Positions 9,543-19,862 of a stretch of 64,000 nucleotides of DNA are shown here, piece by piece. The translations under genes and the position numbers were made by a program. This DNA comes from Ornithinimicrobium sp. (GTDB taxonomy: Bacteria > Actinomycetota > Actinomycetes > Actinomycetales > Dermatophilaceae): positions 12,072-76,071 of the forward strand of contig JBASAZ010000141.1 in the NCBI GenBank assembly GCA_049650845.1, written 5' to 3'. The notes below the pieces were generated by a model, which worked only from the letters and a program-made list of their open reading frames with translations, ran no database searches and was not told where the DNA came from. Position 1 is the first letter of the stretch. Each line of letters opens with the position of its first letter.

Positions 9543-11033
9543 ATGACGCTCACCGCTGGACCGACGACTGCGCATCACTCCCCCGTCGACCGTATTACGG
9601 CGGAGCTGCGCGCCACGCTGCAGGCCGATCAGGTGATTACCGACCGGACCCGGCTGCGCACCTACGAGTGTGACGGCATCACGGGCTATCGCGTGGTGCC
9701 TGCGCTGGTGGTGCTGCCGGAAACCACCGAAGAGGTCGCCGCAGTCGTGAAGGCATGCGCTCGAGAGCAGGTGCCCTACGTGGCGCGGGGGGCGGGAACC
9801 GGGCTGTCCGGCGGGGCCCTGCCGGTGGCCGACGGAATCGTCATCGGGATGGCTCGGATGCGGGCGGTGCTTGACATCGACCTGCCGAACCAGCGGATGA
9901 CGGTGCAACCCGGGGTGACCAACTCCGACGTGAGCAAGGCGGTGGCCGCGCACGATCTCTACTTCGCACCGGACCCATCCAGCCAAAGTGTCTGCACGAT
10001 CGGCGGCAACATCGCCGAGAACTCCGGTGGCGCGCACTGTCTGAAGTACGGGTTCACCACGAACCACGTCTACGCGATGACCGTCGTGCTCCCGGACGGA
10101 TCGATCGTGGAGGTCGGTGGCTCGTTCGCCGAGGGAGTCGGCCCAGACCTGCGCGGCGTGATCATCGGATCCGAAGGCACCCTGGCCATCGCTACCGCGA
10201 TCACCGTCCGCCTGCTCCGGACCCCCGAGACGGTTCGCACCCTCGTCGCCGACTTCGACACCGCCGAGAAGGCCGGTCAGGCCGTCAGCGGGATCATCGG
10301 CGCAGGCATCATCCCGGCCGCGGTGGAAATGCTGGACGCGCTCGCCATCGAAGCGTGCGAGGCCGCGGTGGGTGCGGGCTATTCCACCGACACGGCCGCG
10401 GCGCTGGTGGTGGAGCTGGACGGACCACGCGCCGAGTGCGACGAAGGATTCAGCGAGGTTGAACGACTCTGCCGCGAAGCCGGGACCACCAACATACGGA
10501 TCGCGCAGACCGCCCAGGAACGAGGGATGATCTGGAAGGGCCGCAAGGCCGCGTTTGCCGCCATGGGGCGCATCAGCCCGGACTACTACGTGCAGGACGG
10601 AGTCATACCGCGCACCCGCCTTGGCGAAGTGCTGGGGCGGATGCAGGAGATGGCCGACGAAGCGGGACTACGCGTGGCCAACGTCTTTCACGCCGGAGAC
10701 GGCAACCTGCACCCGCTGGTCCTCTACAACGGAGCCGACCCCGCCGAGGCCGAGCGCGGCGAGGAGCTGTCCACCGCCATCGCGGAACTCTGCGTCGAGA
10801 TGGGTGGGTCCATCACCGGCGAGCACGGGGTCGGCACCGACAAGGCGTGTTCGATGCCCAAGATGTTCTCCGAGGAGGACCTGCGGGTGATGTTGCTGGT
10901 GCGCAGCGCCTTCGACCCTGCCGGAATCAGCAACCCAGGCAAAATCTTCCCGACTCCTCGGCTGTGTGGAGAAAAGCCCGGCATCTATCGGGCGCACGCG
11001 TTGGAAACTGCCGGCGTCATCGAGAGGGTGTGA
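9543..11033 (+). CDS. glcD: glycolate oxidase subunit GlcD (FAD-linked oxidase)
   Basis: ORF 9495..11033 trimmed to ATG 9543 (GGAAGG SD). PCMH FAD-binding motif ARGAGTGLSGGALP. C-terminal GEHGVGTDK. Followed by glcE and glcF. Confidence 0.85.
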   Translation: MTLTAGPTTAHHSPVDRITAELRATLQADQVITDRTRLRTYECDGITGYRVVPALVVLPETTEEVAAVVKACAREQVPYVARGAGTGLSGGALPVADGIVIGMARMRAVLDIDLPNQRMTVQPGVTNSDVSKAVAAHDLYFAPDPSSQSVCTIGGNIAENSGGAHCLKYGFTTNHVYAMTVVLPDGSIVEVGGSFAEGVGPDLRGVIIGSEGTLAIATAITVRLLRTPETVRTLVADFDTAEKAGQAVSGIIGAGIIPAAVEMLDALAIEACEAAVGAGYSTDTAAALVVELDGPRAECDEGFSEVERLCREAGTTNIRIAQTAQERGMIWKGRKAAFAAMGRISPDYYVQDGVIPRTRLGEVLGRMQEMADEAGLRVANVFHAGDGNLHPLVLYNGADPAEAERGEELSTAIAELCVEMGGSITGEHGVGTDKACSMPKMFSEEDLRVMLLVRSAFDPAGISNPGKIFPTPRLCGEKPGIYRAHALETAGVIERV

Positions 11034-11039
11034 ACGGCG

Positions 11040-12257
11040 GTGGATGAGACATCGTCGAGCACCATGCAGCGAGCCGCGGGCCGAGTGGAGCGACCCGACG
11101 ACCTGAGCGAAACCGCGCAGCTCCTCCGCGCCACCTCGGGCTCCGTGCTCATCCACGGTGGCGGCACCAAGCAAGACTGGGCCGGACGCGTCCACGAACC
11201 GGATCTCGTGGTGGACACCACCGCCATGGACCAGGTGCTGACCCACAATCCGGCAGATATGACCGTGTCCGTGCAGGCTGGCATATCGCTCAACGCACTG
11301 CAGGACCACGTCGCCGGTGACAGTCAGTGGGTGGCCCTGGACCCGGCCTCGGCCGCGTCGGGCGCCACCGTCGGCGGCTTGCTCGCGGCCGGCGACTCCG
11401 GACCCTCGCGGCTGAAGTACGGCGGCATGCGCGACCTGGTGATCGGAGCGACGGTCGTCTTGGCCGACGGATCCGTCGCCCGCTCTGGTGGCCACGTGAT
11501 CAAGAACGTCGCCGGATACGACCTCGCCAAGCTGCTGCACGGATCACTAGGAACCCTGGCGCTGATCGGCGAGGTCGTGCTGCGTCTGCACCCCAAGCCG
11601 CCCTCCCGGTTGACCGTCAGCGCACCGGCCGACGCCGAACAGGCCACCGCCGCCGCGCTGGCCTTGGCCGCCGGGCCGTTGGAACCAGCATCCGTGGAGT
11701 GGGTCGGCGACGCAGACGATGGCGCGGGAACGCTGAGCGTTCGCGTCCAAGGATCGGCAGCAGCGACGCAGGCTGCCGCGGAGGCGACGATCACGGCTCT
11801 GGCGCAGACAGGACTCGACGCGCGAATGTTGGACGCCGACGAGGCGACCCAGCGGTGGTCCGAGCACGAGATGCTCGTCAGTGGCAGTGAAGGTGCCGTC
11901 GTGGTGCAGGTGAACGGCCTGCCCAGCGAGCTCGCCGCTCTCGCCGCCGTGGTGCGGGAGTCTGCCGACCAGGCCGGAACCGGCGCGCGCATGGTCTCGG
12001 CGGCCGGTTTGGGCATGCACACCCTCAGCCTGTCCCCCGCCGCACCCGAGCAACAGGCGCAGGTGCTCACCGGCATCCGCGCGTATGCCGACCGGGTCGG
12101 CTCCAGCGTGGTGCTGCGCCGCCGGCCGGAGGCGTTCGATGCCCACATCGAGGTGATGGGCACCCCACCATCCAGCGTCGACCTGTTGCGCCGGATCAAG
12201 CACGAGTTCGACCCCGGATCCCGATTTGCCCCTGGCCGCTTCGCCGGCTGGTTCTGA
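11040..12257 (+). CDS. glcE: glycolate oxidase FAD-binding subunit GlcE
   Basis: 405-aa ORF with a GTG start 7 nt after the glcD stop. LIHGGGTKQDWAG, KNVAGYDLAKLLHGSLGTLA. Position between glcD and glcF. Confidence 0.8.
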   Translation: MDETSSSTMQRAAGRVERPDDLSETAQLLRATSGSVLIHGGGTKQDWAGRVHEPDLVVDTTAMDQVLTHNPADMTVSVQAGISLNALQDHVAGDSQWVALDPASAASGATVGGLLAAGDSGPSRLKYGGMRDLVIGATVVLADGSVARSGGHVIKNVAGYDLAKLLHGSLGTLALIGEVVLRLHPKPPSRLTVSAPADAEQATAAALALAAGPLEPASVEWVGDADDGAGTLSVRVQGSAAATQAAAEATITALAQTGLDARMLDADEATQRWSEHEMLVSGSEGAVVVQVNGLPSELAALAAVVRESADQAGTGARMVSAAGLGMHTLSLSPAAPEQQAQVLTGIRAYADRVGSSVVLRRRPEAFDAHIEVMGTPPSSVDLLRRIKHEFDPGSRFAPGRFAGWF

Positions 12258-12309
12258 ACCGCATACCCGAACCGACGGCGACTCCGCCCTCAATGACCAG
12301 GAGAATTCG

Positions 12310-13713
12310 ATGAGCGACAAAACGATCGAGACAGACTCCGCCCCTGCGGCACAGACCAGCGGGGGCGCCGACAGCGGAGCAGTCACCGGAGGGATGACCG
12401 AAGGAGTCGACGGATACGGACCTCATCTGACGTTCGACGAGCATCACAAGCCCAGCGGCGACCTGATCGACGACTGCGTGCACTGCGGGTTCTGCCTGCC
12501 GACGTGTCCGACCTACGTGCTGCACGGCAACGAAACGAACTCACCGCGCGGTCGCATCTATCTGATGAAGATGGGCAACTCTGGTGAGGTCCCGATGGAC
12601 GAGGAGTTCGTCGATAACTTCGACCAGTGCCTCGGGTGCATGGCCTGCGTCACAGCGTGCCCGTCCGGGGTTAAGTACGACCAGTTGATCGAGGCCGTAC
12701 GCCCTCAGATTGAACGGAACTGGGTCCGGACACCGGCTGACCGGGCCTTCCGAACCCTGATCTTCACCCTGTTTCCCTACCCGGCCCGGCTCCGCCCGGC
12801 CGCGTTCTTCGGCGCGGTCTACCAGCAAAGCGGGCTCAGTCAGGTCGTCGCCAGGACCGGGCTGTTGACCAAGCTCCCGGCGCGGCTGCAGTCGATGGAG
12901 GCGCTGCTCCCCAAGCTCACGATGAAGAGTGTCGTCGCGCACCAACCCGCGTTCACCCCCGCGGTCGGCGAACGTCGAGCCCGGGTGGGAATGCTCTCCG
13001 GCTGCGTACAACGCGTGTTCTTCGGAGACGTCAACGCTGCAGCCACCCGCGTGTTGGCCGCAGATGGCTGTGACGTGGTGGCCCCCAGGGACCAACAGTG
13101 CTGCGGCGCGCTGTCCAGCCACGCCGGGCGTGAGGACGAAGCCGTGGTGCGAGCTCGGAAGCTGATCGACGTCTTCGAGCGCGCCGAGGTCGACTACGTC
13201 GTGTCCAATGTCGCTGGCTGCGGATCGGCGATGAAGGAATACGCCATCCTGCTGCGGGACGACCCGGAGTATGCCGAGCGCGCGGCCGCCTTCGCCGAGA
13301 AGACCCGAGACATCACCCAACTACTAGCCCAACTGGGTCCGCGGGCGACTCGCCATCCGATCGAGGCCCGAGTGGCCTACCACGACGCCTGCCACCTGCG
13401 GCACGCCCAGGGCATCGTCGACGAGCCCCGTCAGGTCTTGCGGGAGATTCCGCAGATGGACGTCATGGACATCCCCGAAGCCGAGATCTGTTGTGGTTCC
13501 GCGGGTATCTACAACCTGGTGCAACCCGAGAACGCTCAAGAGCTCGGTGAGCGCAAGGTCACGCACATCTCGTCCACGCACCCCGACATCGTGGTGACCG
13601 CCAACGCCGGGTGCCTGCTGCAGATCCGGCGTTACCTGCAGGACGGAGTGCCGCTGATGCACCCGGTGCAGCTGGTCGACGCCTCAATTCGCGCCGTTAA
13701 TCCCTTGTCCTGA
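12310..13713 (+). CDS. glcF: glycolate oxidase iron-sulfur subunit GlcF
   Basis: ORF 12226..13713 trimmed to ATG 12310 (AGGAGAA SD). Two 4Fe-4S motifs CVHCGFCLPTCP and CLGCMACVTACP, plus two CCG domains (QQCCGALS, EICCGSAGIYN). Confidence 0.85.
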   Translation: MSDKTIETDSAPAAQTSGGADSGAVTGGMTEGVDGYGPHLTFDEHHKPSGDLIDDCVHCGFCLPTCPTYVLHGNETNSPRGRIYLMKMGNSGEVPMDEEFVDNFDQCLGCMACVTACPSGVKYDQLIEAVRPQIERNWVRTPADRAFRTLIFTLFPYPARLRPAAFFGAVYQQSGLSQVVARTGLLTKLPARLQSMEALLPKLTMKSVVAHQPAFTPAVGERRARVGMLSGCVQRVFFGDVNAAATRVLAADGCDVVAPRDQQCCGALSSHAGREDEAVVRARKLIDVFERAEVDYVVSNVAGCGSAMKEYAILLRDDPEYAERAAAFAEKTRDITQLLAQLGPRATRHPIEARVAYHDACHLRHAQGIVDEPRQVLREIPQMDVMDIPEAEICCGSAGIYNLVQPENAQELGERKVTHISSTHPDIVVTANAGCLLQIRRYLQDGVPLMHPVQLVDASIRAVNPLS

Positions 13714-13745
13714 CCACGTCTGTTGAAGAGAAAGTTCTGTAGACC

Positions 13746-15545
13746 ATGGATAGTCTCGCCGCTCTGAGTTTCTTCGCTCTATCGCCCATCCTCGTGGTCG
13801 GCATCCTGCTCGTCGGGCTGCGATGGCCCGCGAAGACGGCCATGCCAGTGGGGTATGTGGTGGTGGTCGCCGTTGCGCTGTTCATCTGGGATATGGACGT
13901 CGTCTCGGTGGCGGCCGCCAGCATCCAGGGGTTGATCATTGCGATCACCCTGCTCTACATCGTCTTCGGTGCCCTGCTGCTGTTGGAAACGCTGTTCAAG
14001 AGCGGGGCGATGGCCACGATCCGCGCCGGGTTCACCGGGATCAGCCCGGACCGCCGGGTGCAGGCGATCATCATCGGCTGGTTGTTCGGCAGCTTCATTG
14101 AGGGTGCCTCCGGCTTCGGCACACCCGCAGCGGTGGTCGCCCCGTTGCTCCTGGCCCTCGGCTTTCCGGCCATGGCCGCCGTCATGACCGGCTTGATCAT
14201 CCAGAGCACGCCGGTGAGTTTCGGTGCGGTCGGCACTCCGATGCTGGTCGGCATCAGCCAAGGCCTTGCGGATGGCACCGGAGTTAACGATCGAGTCTCG
14301 TTCCTCGGCGTCGAATACGCGGCATACGTCAACGGTATTGCCGTCAACGTCGCCATCATCCACGCCATCGTCGGCATCCTGATCCCCCTCATCCTGGCCT
14401 GCATGCTGACCGGGTTCTTCGGTGAGAACAAGCGGTTCGGTGACGGCCTCAAGGTCTGGCCGTTCGCGATCTACGCCTCGCTGGCGATGACCGTGCCCTA
14501 CGTGATCGTGGCCATCGTGCTTGGTCCCGAGTTCCCCTCCCTGCTGGGCGGCGCCATCGGCCTGGCCTTGGTCATGTTCACCTCGAGCAAGGGCTTCCTG
14601 ATGCCGAAGGAGGCCTGGGACTTCGGACCGCGCAGCAGCTGGGATGCGCGGTGGATGGGAAACATCACCGCCGACGAGGAGGATGTGACCGGGAAGAAGA
14701 TGTCGATCGTGCGGGCCTGGAGCCCGTACGCGCTGGTCGCGCTGCTGCTGGTGTTCACCCGGACGGTGCCCCCGGTCACGACCTTCCTGACCGAGACCAC
14801 CGCGATCCCGATCGACAACATTCTCGGCACCGGCATCAGCCAGACCGTGCAGCCGTTCTATCTGCCCGGGTTCGTCTTCATCGTGGTCTGTGTCACGACC
14901 TACTTCCTGCACGGGATGACGGGGCCCAAGATCGCCGAGACGTGGAAAGTGGCCGGTGGGCAACTGGCCGGAGCGGGGGTGGCGCTGTTGTTCGCCTTGC
15001 CGCTGGTGCGGGTCTTCATCAACTCCGGGGTGGACTTCAACCAATCCGGCTTCTCCAGCATGCCGCTCACCCTGGCCGAGGGAGCCTCCAGCCTGGTGGG
15101 CCAGGGATGGCCGATTGCCGCCCCGTTCATCGGCGCTCTGGGCGCCTTTGTTGCCGGGAGCAACACGGTCAGCAACTTGACGTTCTCGTTGTTCCAGTTC
15201 TCCACCGCAAGTCAGATCGGGGTCAGCCCAGAGGTGATCGTGGCCGTCCAGGCGGTCGGCGGTGCAGCCGGCAACATGATCACCATTCACAACGTCGTGG
15301 CGGCCTCTGCCACCGTCGGGTTACTCGGCCGCGAAGGCGACCTGATCCGCAAGACGATCTTCCCGACCATCTACTACTGCCTTGCCGCCGGCGGCATCGC
15401 CTTCGTCTGGGTCAACGGCTTCGGGCTGAATGCCGGGTCCATCCTGCTGCTACTGCTGGTGCTCGCTATCGCGGCGATCATCTATCGCTTCGCTCGATCC
15501 CCCGAGCGATCGTCCTCCTCGGCCTCCGTCACCGGAAGCGAGTGA
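13746..15545 (+). CDS. lctP: L-lactate/glycolate permease (LctP family)
   Basis: 599-aa polytopic ORF. LctP signature region [31 protein letters not shown] and C-terminal [15 protein letters not shown]. Confidence 0.85.
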   Translation: MDSLAALSFFALSPILVVGILLVGLRWPAKTAMPVGYVVVVAVALFIWDMDVVSVAAASIQGLIIAITLLYIVFGALLLLETLFKSGAMATIRAGFTGISPDRRVQAIIIGWLFGSFIEGASGFGTPAAVVAPLLLALGFPAMAAVMTGLIIQSTPVSFGAVGTPMLVGISQGLADGTGVNDRVSFLGVEYAAYVNGIAVNVAIIHAIVGILIPLILACMLTGFFGENKRFGDGLKVWPFAIYASLAMTVPYVIVAIVLGPEFPSLLGGAIGLALVMFTSSKGFLMPKEAWDFGPRSSWDARWMGNITADEEDVTGKKMSIVRAWSPYALVALLLVFTRTVPPVTTFLTETTAIPIDNILGTGISQTVQPFYLPGFVFIVVCVTTYFLHGMTGPKIAETWKVAGGQLAGAGVALLFALPLVRVFINSGVDFNQSGFSSMPLTLAEGASSLVGQGWPIAAPFIGALGAFVAGSNTVSNLTFSLFQFSTASQIGVSPEVIVAVQAVGGAAGNMITIHNVVAASATVGLLGREGDLIRKTIFPTIYYCLAAGGIAFVWVNGFGLNAGSILLLLLVLAIAAIIYRFARSPERSSSSASVTGSE

Positions 15546-15612
15546 GGGCGGGCCGAGACCCAGAGCCACGACAACCGGACCACATACCTCAGACGTGTCA
15601 GAAAGAAGACCC

Positions 15613-17211
15613 ATGGGAATCGAGATCACCGGCAGTCACATCGAGGGCCAGGACGAGATCCTGACCACGGAGGCGCTCGACTTCGTCGCCGGGCTGCAAC
15701 ACGCGTTCGGCGATCAGCGGGACAAGTTGCTCGCTGCCCGCGGCGAGCGCCGAGCCGAAGCCGAGCGGACCAAGACGCTGGACTTCCTGGAGCAGACCCG
15801 GGAGATTCGCGAAAGCGACTGGACGGTTGCCCCCGCACCCGCCGATCTGCAGGACCGGCGTTGCGAGATGACCGGACCGACGGATCGCAAAATGACCATC
15901 AACGCGCTGAACTCCGGTGCCCGGGTCTGGCTGGCCGACCTGGAGGACGCCAGCACCCCGCACTGGAAGAACGTGGTCGGCGGTCAGATCAACCTGCGGG
16001 ATGCCATCCGGGGAGACATCGACTTCACGGGCCCAAACGGCAAGGAGTACGCCCTGTCCACCGAGCGGCGACTGGCCACCATCGTGGTGCGTCCGCGCGG
16101 GTGGCACATGAACGAGCGGAACATGTCACTGGACGGGGAGCCGTTGGTCGGTGCCCTGGTGGACTTCGGGCTGCACTTCTTCCACAACGCCCAAGCGCTG
16201 CTGGACGCAGGCAGCGGGCCGTATTTCTACCTGCCTAAGATGGAGTCTCACCTCGAAGCGCGGTTGTGGAACGAGGTCTTCGTTCACGCCCAGGACGCGC
16301 TCGGCATACCCCAGGGCACGATCCGGGCGACTGTGCTGATCGAGACCATTCCGGCCGCGTTCGAGATGGAAGAGATTCTTTACGAACTGCGCGATCACGC
16401 CTCGGGTCTGAACGCAGGCCGCTGGGACTATCTGTTCAGCATCATCAAGTACTTCCGAAGCTCCGGGAAGGACTTCGTCCTGCCGGACCGCAACACCGTG
16501 GGCATGACGGTGCCCTTCATGACGTCGTATGCCGAGTTGCTGGTGGATACCTGTCACCGCCGCGGCGCCCATGCGATCGGCGGGATGTCCGCCTTCATCC
16601 CCAGCCGGGACGACGAGGACGTGAACGAACGGGCCTTTGCCAAGGTCAACGCGGACAAGCGACGTGAGGCCGAGCAAGGCTTCGACGGCTCGTGGGTGGC
16701 CCACCCACGCTTCGTGCAGCCCTGCACCGAGATCTTCGACGCCGTGCTGGGTGAACGGCCCAACCAGGTGGACAAGCGCAACGAGAACGGCCAGCAGGTC
16801 GGCGCGGCCGAGTTGCTGGACTTCGGCAGCGCGGACGGATCGATCACCCGTGAGGGTCTCCACGGCGACGTCGAGGTTGGCGTGCGCTATATCGAAGCGT
16901 GGATCGGCGGCCTCGGAGCGGTCGGCATCCATAACCTGATGGAGGACGCTGCCACCGCCGAAATCTCCCGCTCACAGGTATGGCAGTGGGTGCACAACGG
17001 CTCGACGTTGGAGGACGGCACGGTCGTCACCGCAGACCTGGTGCGCGAGGTGCTGGATGAGGAGATGGCAAAGATCCAGGACTCGCTGGACGGCTCGTCG
17101 GGTGAGCGCAACTTCGAGACTGCTCGCACGGTCTTCGAGCAGGTGGCATTGGCCGACGAGTTCGTTGACTTCCTCACCGACGCCGCCTACGAGGCCGTGA
17201 TGAGCCGCTGA
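15613..17211 (+). CDS. aceB: malate synthase A
   Basis: ORF 15430..17211 trimmed to ATG 15613, giving 532 aa (A-type length). WLADLEDASTPHWKN, YFYLPKMESHLEARLWN, catalytic-region GLNAGRWDYLFS. Confidence 0.85.
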   Translation: MGIEITGSHIEGQDEILTTEALDFVAGLQHAFGDQRDKLLAARGERRAEAERTKTLDFLEQTREIRESDWTVAPAPADLQDRRCEMTGPTDRKMTINALNSGARVWLADLEDASTPHWKNVVGGQINLRDAIRGDIDFTGPNGKEYALSTERRLATIVVRPRGWHMNERNMSLDGEPLVGALVDFGLHFFHNAQALLDAGSGPYFYLPKMESHLEARLWNEVFVHAQDALGIPQGTIRATVLIETIPAAFEMEEILYELRDHASGLNAGRWDYLFSIIKYFRSSGKDFVLPDRNTVGMTVPFMTSYAELLVDTCHRRGAHAIGGMSAFIPSRDDEDVNERAFAKVNADKRREAEQGFDGSWVAHPRFVQPCTEIFDAVLGERPNQVDKRNENGQQVGAAELLDFGSADGSITREGLHGDVEVGVRYIEAWIGGLGAVGIHNLMEDAATAEISRSQVWQWVHNGSTLEDGTVVTADLVREVLDEEMAKIQDSLDGSSGERNFETARTVFEQVALADEFVDFLTDAAYEAVMSR

Positions 17212-17226
17212 CTGGGTTGAACACCG

Positions 17227-17460
17227 TCAGCTGCGCGCCTGGGCCTCCTGCTTTCGGTGCTCCCACAGCCGGCGCAGAGCGCTCCCGAGCGCACCGATGA
17301 ACATGAAGGCCGAACCGACCACGAACAGCGAGACGGCTAGCGTGTAGTACTGCTCGAAGGCTTTGTAGAAGAACACCGAACCCACGACAAACATCAGGTT
17401 GCCGATGAGGCCGAGTCCGGTGTGGATGTACTCGTAGTCTTCAACGAGCGTGCGGATCAC
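17227..17460 (-). CDS. small YrhK-like membrane protein
   Basis: 77 aa with two TM helices (GLGLIGNLMFVVGSVFF, LFVVGSAFMFIGALGSAL). GTG start with GGAGG 9 nt upstream. Confidence 0.6.
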   Translation of the reverse strand: MIRTLVEDYEYIHTGLGLIGNLMFVVGSVFFYKAFEQYYTLAVSLFVVGSAFMFIGALGSALRRLWEHRKQEAQARS

Positions 17461-17639
17461 GATGAGATTCCTCCGATGGTTCGACGGCCTCGCGGCCTGG
17501 GCGTGGTGAGGTCTGATGTGCGGGATCGCGGGTCCGACACGAGCAGGACTACGCGTGAGCCAAGCCTACGCATCTGTGGACCTTTCGGCTCCGCCGCCGC
17601 AGCGGCGGCTGCCCTGCCCGGACATGTCGACGTGGACTC

Positions 17640-17668
17640 TCGACATCGTCAATGTTAGTGACTAACAT
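17640..17668 (+). promoter_or_regulatory. promoter (-35 TCGACA, 17-bp spacer, -10 TAACAT) overlapped by the perfect palindromic operator ATGTTAGT-G-ACTAACAT (17652-17668)
   Basis: 8-bp perfect arms. The -10 lies inside the right arm. ATG 17676 lies 7 nt after the -10, which implies a leaderless tetR mRNA. Confidence 0.5.
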
Positions 17669-17675
17669 CACGGAT

Positions 17676-18239
17676 ATGAGCGGTCTGGGGACACGCGAGC
17701 GTTTGCAGGACGTCGGTCTCGCGCTGATCATCCAGTCGGGCTATGAGTCCGTCACGGTCGAGCAGATCGTGCGGGCTGCTGGGGTCTCGCACATGACGTT
17801 CTTTCGTCACTTCCCGACCAAGCAGTCGTTGGTCTTACAGGATCCGTTCGACCCCCTGATTGCGGCTGCCGTTGCTTCCCAACCTCGACATCTCCCAGCG
17901 ATAGCGCGCGCCTGCCGTGGAGTCCGGGCGGCCCTGGATGCGATGAGCTTGCCGGAGGAGGACCAGGTCAAAAGGCGGGTGCGGATCGTCGCCACCACCC
18001 CGTCCTTAACAGCGGGCATGTGGGCCAACACTGTGGCCACTCAGTCAGCGGTCAGTGAGGCACTGGCCGAGACGTCACCGCTCTTCGAGTCTGATGTTGC
18101 TGCGGCGGCCACGATGGGAGCGCTGACTGTCGCCGTCTTGGCGTGGGGAACCACCGATGCGAGCTCTTCCTTGAAGGCGAATCTGCTGGAAGCGCTGGAG
18201 ATCCTCGATCCGGCCGATCGCGTGCAGGAGTCCGCGTGA
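17676..18239 (+). CDS. TetR/AcrR family transcriptional regulator
   Basis: ORF 17652..18239. The in-frame ATG 17676 is preferred on promoter geometry, with 17652 as the alternative. HTH GYESVTVEQIVRAAGVSHMTFFRHFPTKQ. Confidence 0.8.
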   Translation: MSGLGTRERLQDVGLALIIQSGYESVTVEQIVRAAGVSHMTFFRHFPTKQSLVLQDPFDPLIAAAVASQPRHLPAIARACRGVRAALDAMSLPEEDQVKRRVRIVATTPSLTAGMWANTVATQSAVSEALAETSPLFESDVAAAATMGALTVAVLAWGTTDASSSLKANLLEALEILDPADRVQESA

Positions 18240-19000
18240 CAAGCTCGGGCGCGGCGTTGCGATGCACTCACCTCACGAAACGGTTTGGCGACGAGGTGGT
18301 GGTAGACGACCTGACCCTGACCGCAGATCCTGGTGAAGTCGTGGCTCTGATCGGACTCAACGGCGCCGGAAAAACGACCTTGATGCGACTGTTGCTGGCC
18401 ATGACCCGCCCGGACTCCGGGGAAGCGAGAGTCTTCGGGCGCAACGTCGCCACCTCCCACAGCGATCATTGGCACGGGGTCGGTCACATGATCGAGACAC
18501 CCTTCGCGTATCCCGAGCTCACGGTCACACAGAACGTGTGGGCGGCGGCTCGTCTGCACGGGTTGACCAGGATCGAGGCCCCTCGCGCTGCCGCCCAGGC
18601 GGTCGAGCGTGTGGGTTTGACCCCGTATGCGGCCCGTCGCTGCTCCACGCTCTCCCAGGGCAACAAGCAACGCCTGGGACTGGCCAGCGCCATGGTCCAT
18701 TCGCCTCGCTTGTTAGTTCTCGATGAACCCACGAATGCGCTGGATCCGGCCGGGGTTGTGCTCCTGCGCGACCTGGTCCAAGAAGCCGCACGCGAGGGGA
18801 CAACCGTCCTGGTCTCCAGCCACCACCTCGACGAGGTCGCACGCGTGGCTGACCGAGTCGACGTCCTCCACCGCGGCCGCGTGGTCGGGGAACTGCCGCG
18901 AAACGTCGTCGATCTCGAACACGCCTTCTTTGAGATGGTCCATGCAGCCGACAGCGATAGCGGTCAGGGTTCATTGCGCGGGACCTCTCATGAGTCGTGA
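18236..19000 (+). CDS. ABC transporter ATP-binding protein (ABC-2 / drug-efflux type)
   Basis: ORF 18143..19000 trimmed to GTG 18236, which overlaps the tetR stop (GTGA). Walker A GLNGAGKTT, signature LSQGNKQRL, Walker B LLVLDEPT. Confidence 0.85.
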   Translation: MTSSGAALRCTHLTKRFGDEVVVDDLTLTADPGEVVALIGLNGAGKTTLMRLLLAMTRPDSGEARVFGRNVATSHSDHWHGVGHMIETPFAYPELTVTQNVWAAARLHGLTRIEAPRAAAQAVERVGLTPYAARRCSTLSQGNKQRLGLASAMVHSPRLLVLDEPTNALDPAGVVLLRDLVQEAAREGTTVLVSSHHLDEVARVADRVDVLHRGRVVGELPRNVVDLEHAFFEMVHAADSDSGQGSLRGTSHES

Positions 19001-19766
19001 TCTGATGCGTGCGGCGCTGGCGGTCGAATGGCTCAAGCTGAAGCGCTCACGCGTCATGGTGACCACGACCACGGTCGTCCTGGTGGCACCCCCGCTGCTG
19101 GCGGCGGCATTCGCGGCGGCCGCTGGACAATCCGGAACCGACCCGATGACGCTCAAGGCGCGAGCCATGCTGCCCGGACCCGGTTGGGAAGGCTTCGTTT
19201 CGGCGCTGGGACAGGTCTTTGCTACTGGTGGCCTGTTGGGGATGGGCATCGGTGTGGCGTGGTGCTTCGGCCGTGAGTACGCCGACCGCACCATGGTTTC
19301 GCTCTATGCCTCAGCCACCCCGCGGGGCATTGTCGCGGCTGCGAAGCTTCTCTTGCTGGCCCTCTGGACCTTCGCGATCGCCGCGGCCCTGGGACCAACC
19401 GCGATCCTCATCGGTCTAGCGGCCGGGCTCGGGCCTCCGGGCGGTGAGATTCTCATCGCGGTGGGCCGCGTGGTGGTGATGGCAGGGCTCACCGGTCTCC
19501 TAGCCCTCTCCGTCTCCGTCTTCGCCAGCCTCGGTCGGGGCTACCTGGCGGCGTTCGGAGGGCTCATCGGGCTCATCGTGGCCGCACAGGTCGCGGTCCT
19601 GGCCGGATTCGGGGCCTGGTTCCCCTTATCCTCCCCTGCACTATGGGCTGCAGACGCCCCCGCGATGGCCTCGGTGTCGATCGCGCAACTGGCCCTCGTC
19701 CCGATCACGTCGCTAGCCCTCGCCGTCGGCACCGTGGCCTGGTGGCAACAACGACCCCTCGTCTGA
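18990..19766 (+). CDS. ABC-2 type transporter permease
   Basis: ORF 18723..19766 trimmed to ATG 18990, an 11-bp overlap with the ATPase gene. Six predicted TM segments and an Ala/Gly/Leu-rich composition. Confidence 0.7.
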   Translation: MSRDLMRAALAVEWLKLKRSRVMVTTTTVVLVAPPLLAAAFAAAAGQSGTDPMTLKARAMLPGPGWEGFVSALGQVFATGGLLGMGIGVAWCFGREYADRTMVSLYASATPRGIVAAAKLLLLALWTFAIAAALGPTAILIGLAAGLGPPGGEILIAVGRVVVMAGLTGLLALSVSVFASLGRGYLAAFGGLIGLIVAAQVAVLAGFGAWFPLSSPALWAADAPAMASVSIAQLALVPITSLALAVGTVAWWQQRPLV

Positions 19767-19862
19767 GATCACCGAGACCGATCCCTCCGGGTCGGTGCGT
19801 GTGGATGTGCCGTACCTCGAGGCACTCGCGTATGGAGGCCCACGAGGCAAGGTGAAGGCCGT

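Noticed and set aside
13779-15290. 503-aa ORF antisense to the lactate permease gene. Many similar long antisense or alternative-frame ORFs exist (e.g. 10668-11540, 11324-12199, 16126-16932, 25511-26431, 27171-28145, 32959-34023, 38445-40193, 43266-44351, 51147-52001, 60648-61652, 60991-61977).
   Set aside because: They are Arg/Pro/Gly/Ala/His-rich low-complexity translations, typical of open non-coding frames in roughly 70% GC DNA. Each lies fully inside a gene with clear family motifs on the other frame or strand, and none has an SD or a recognisable domain.
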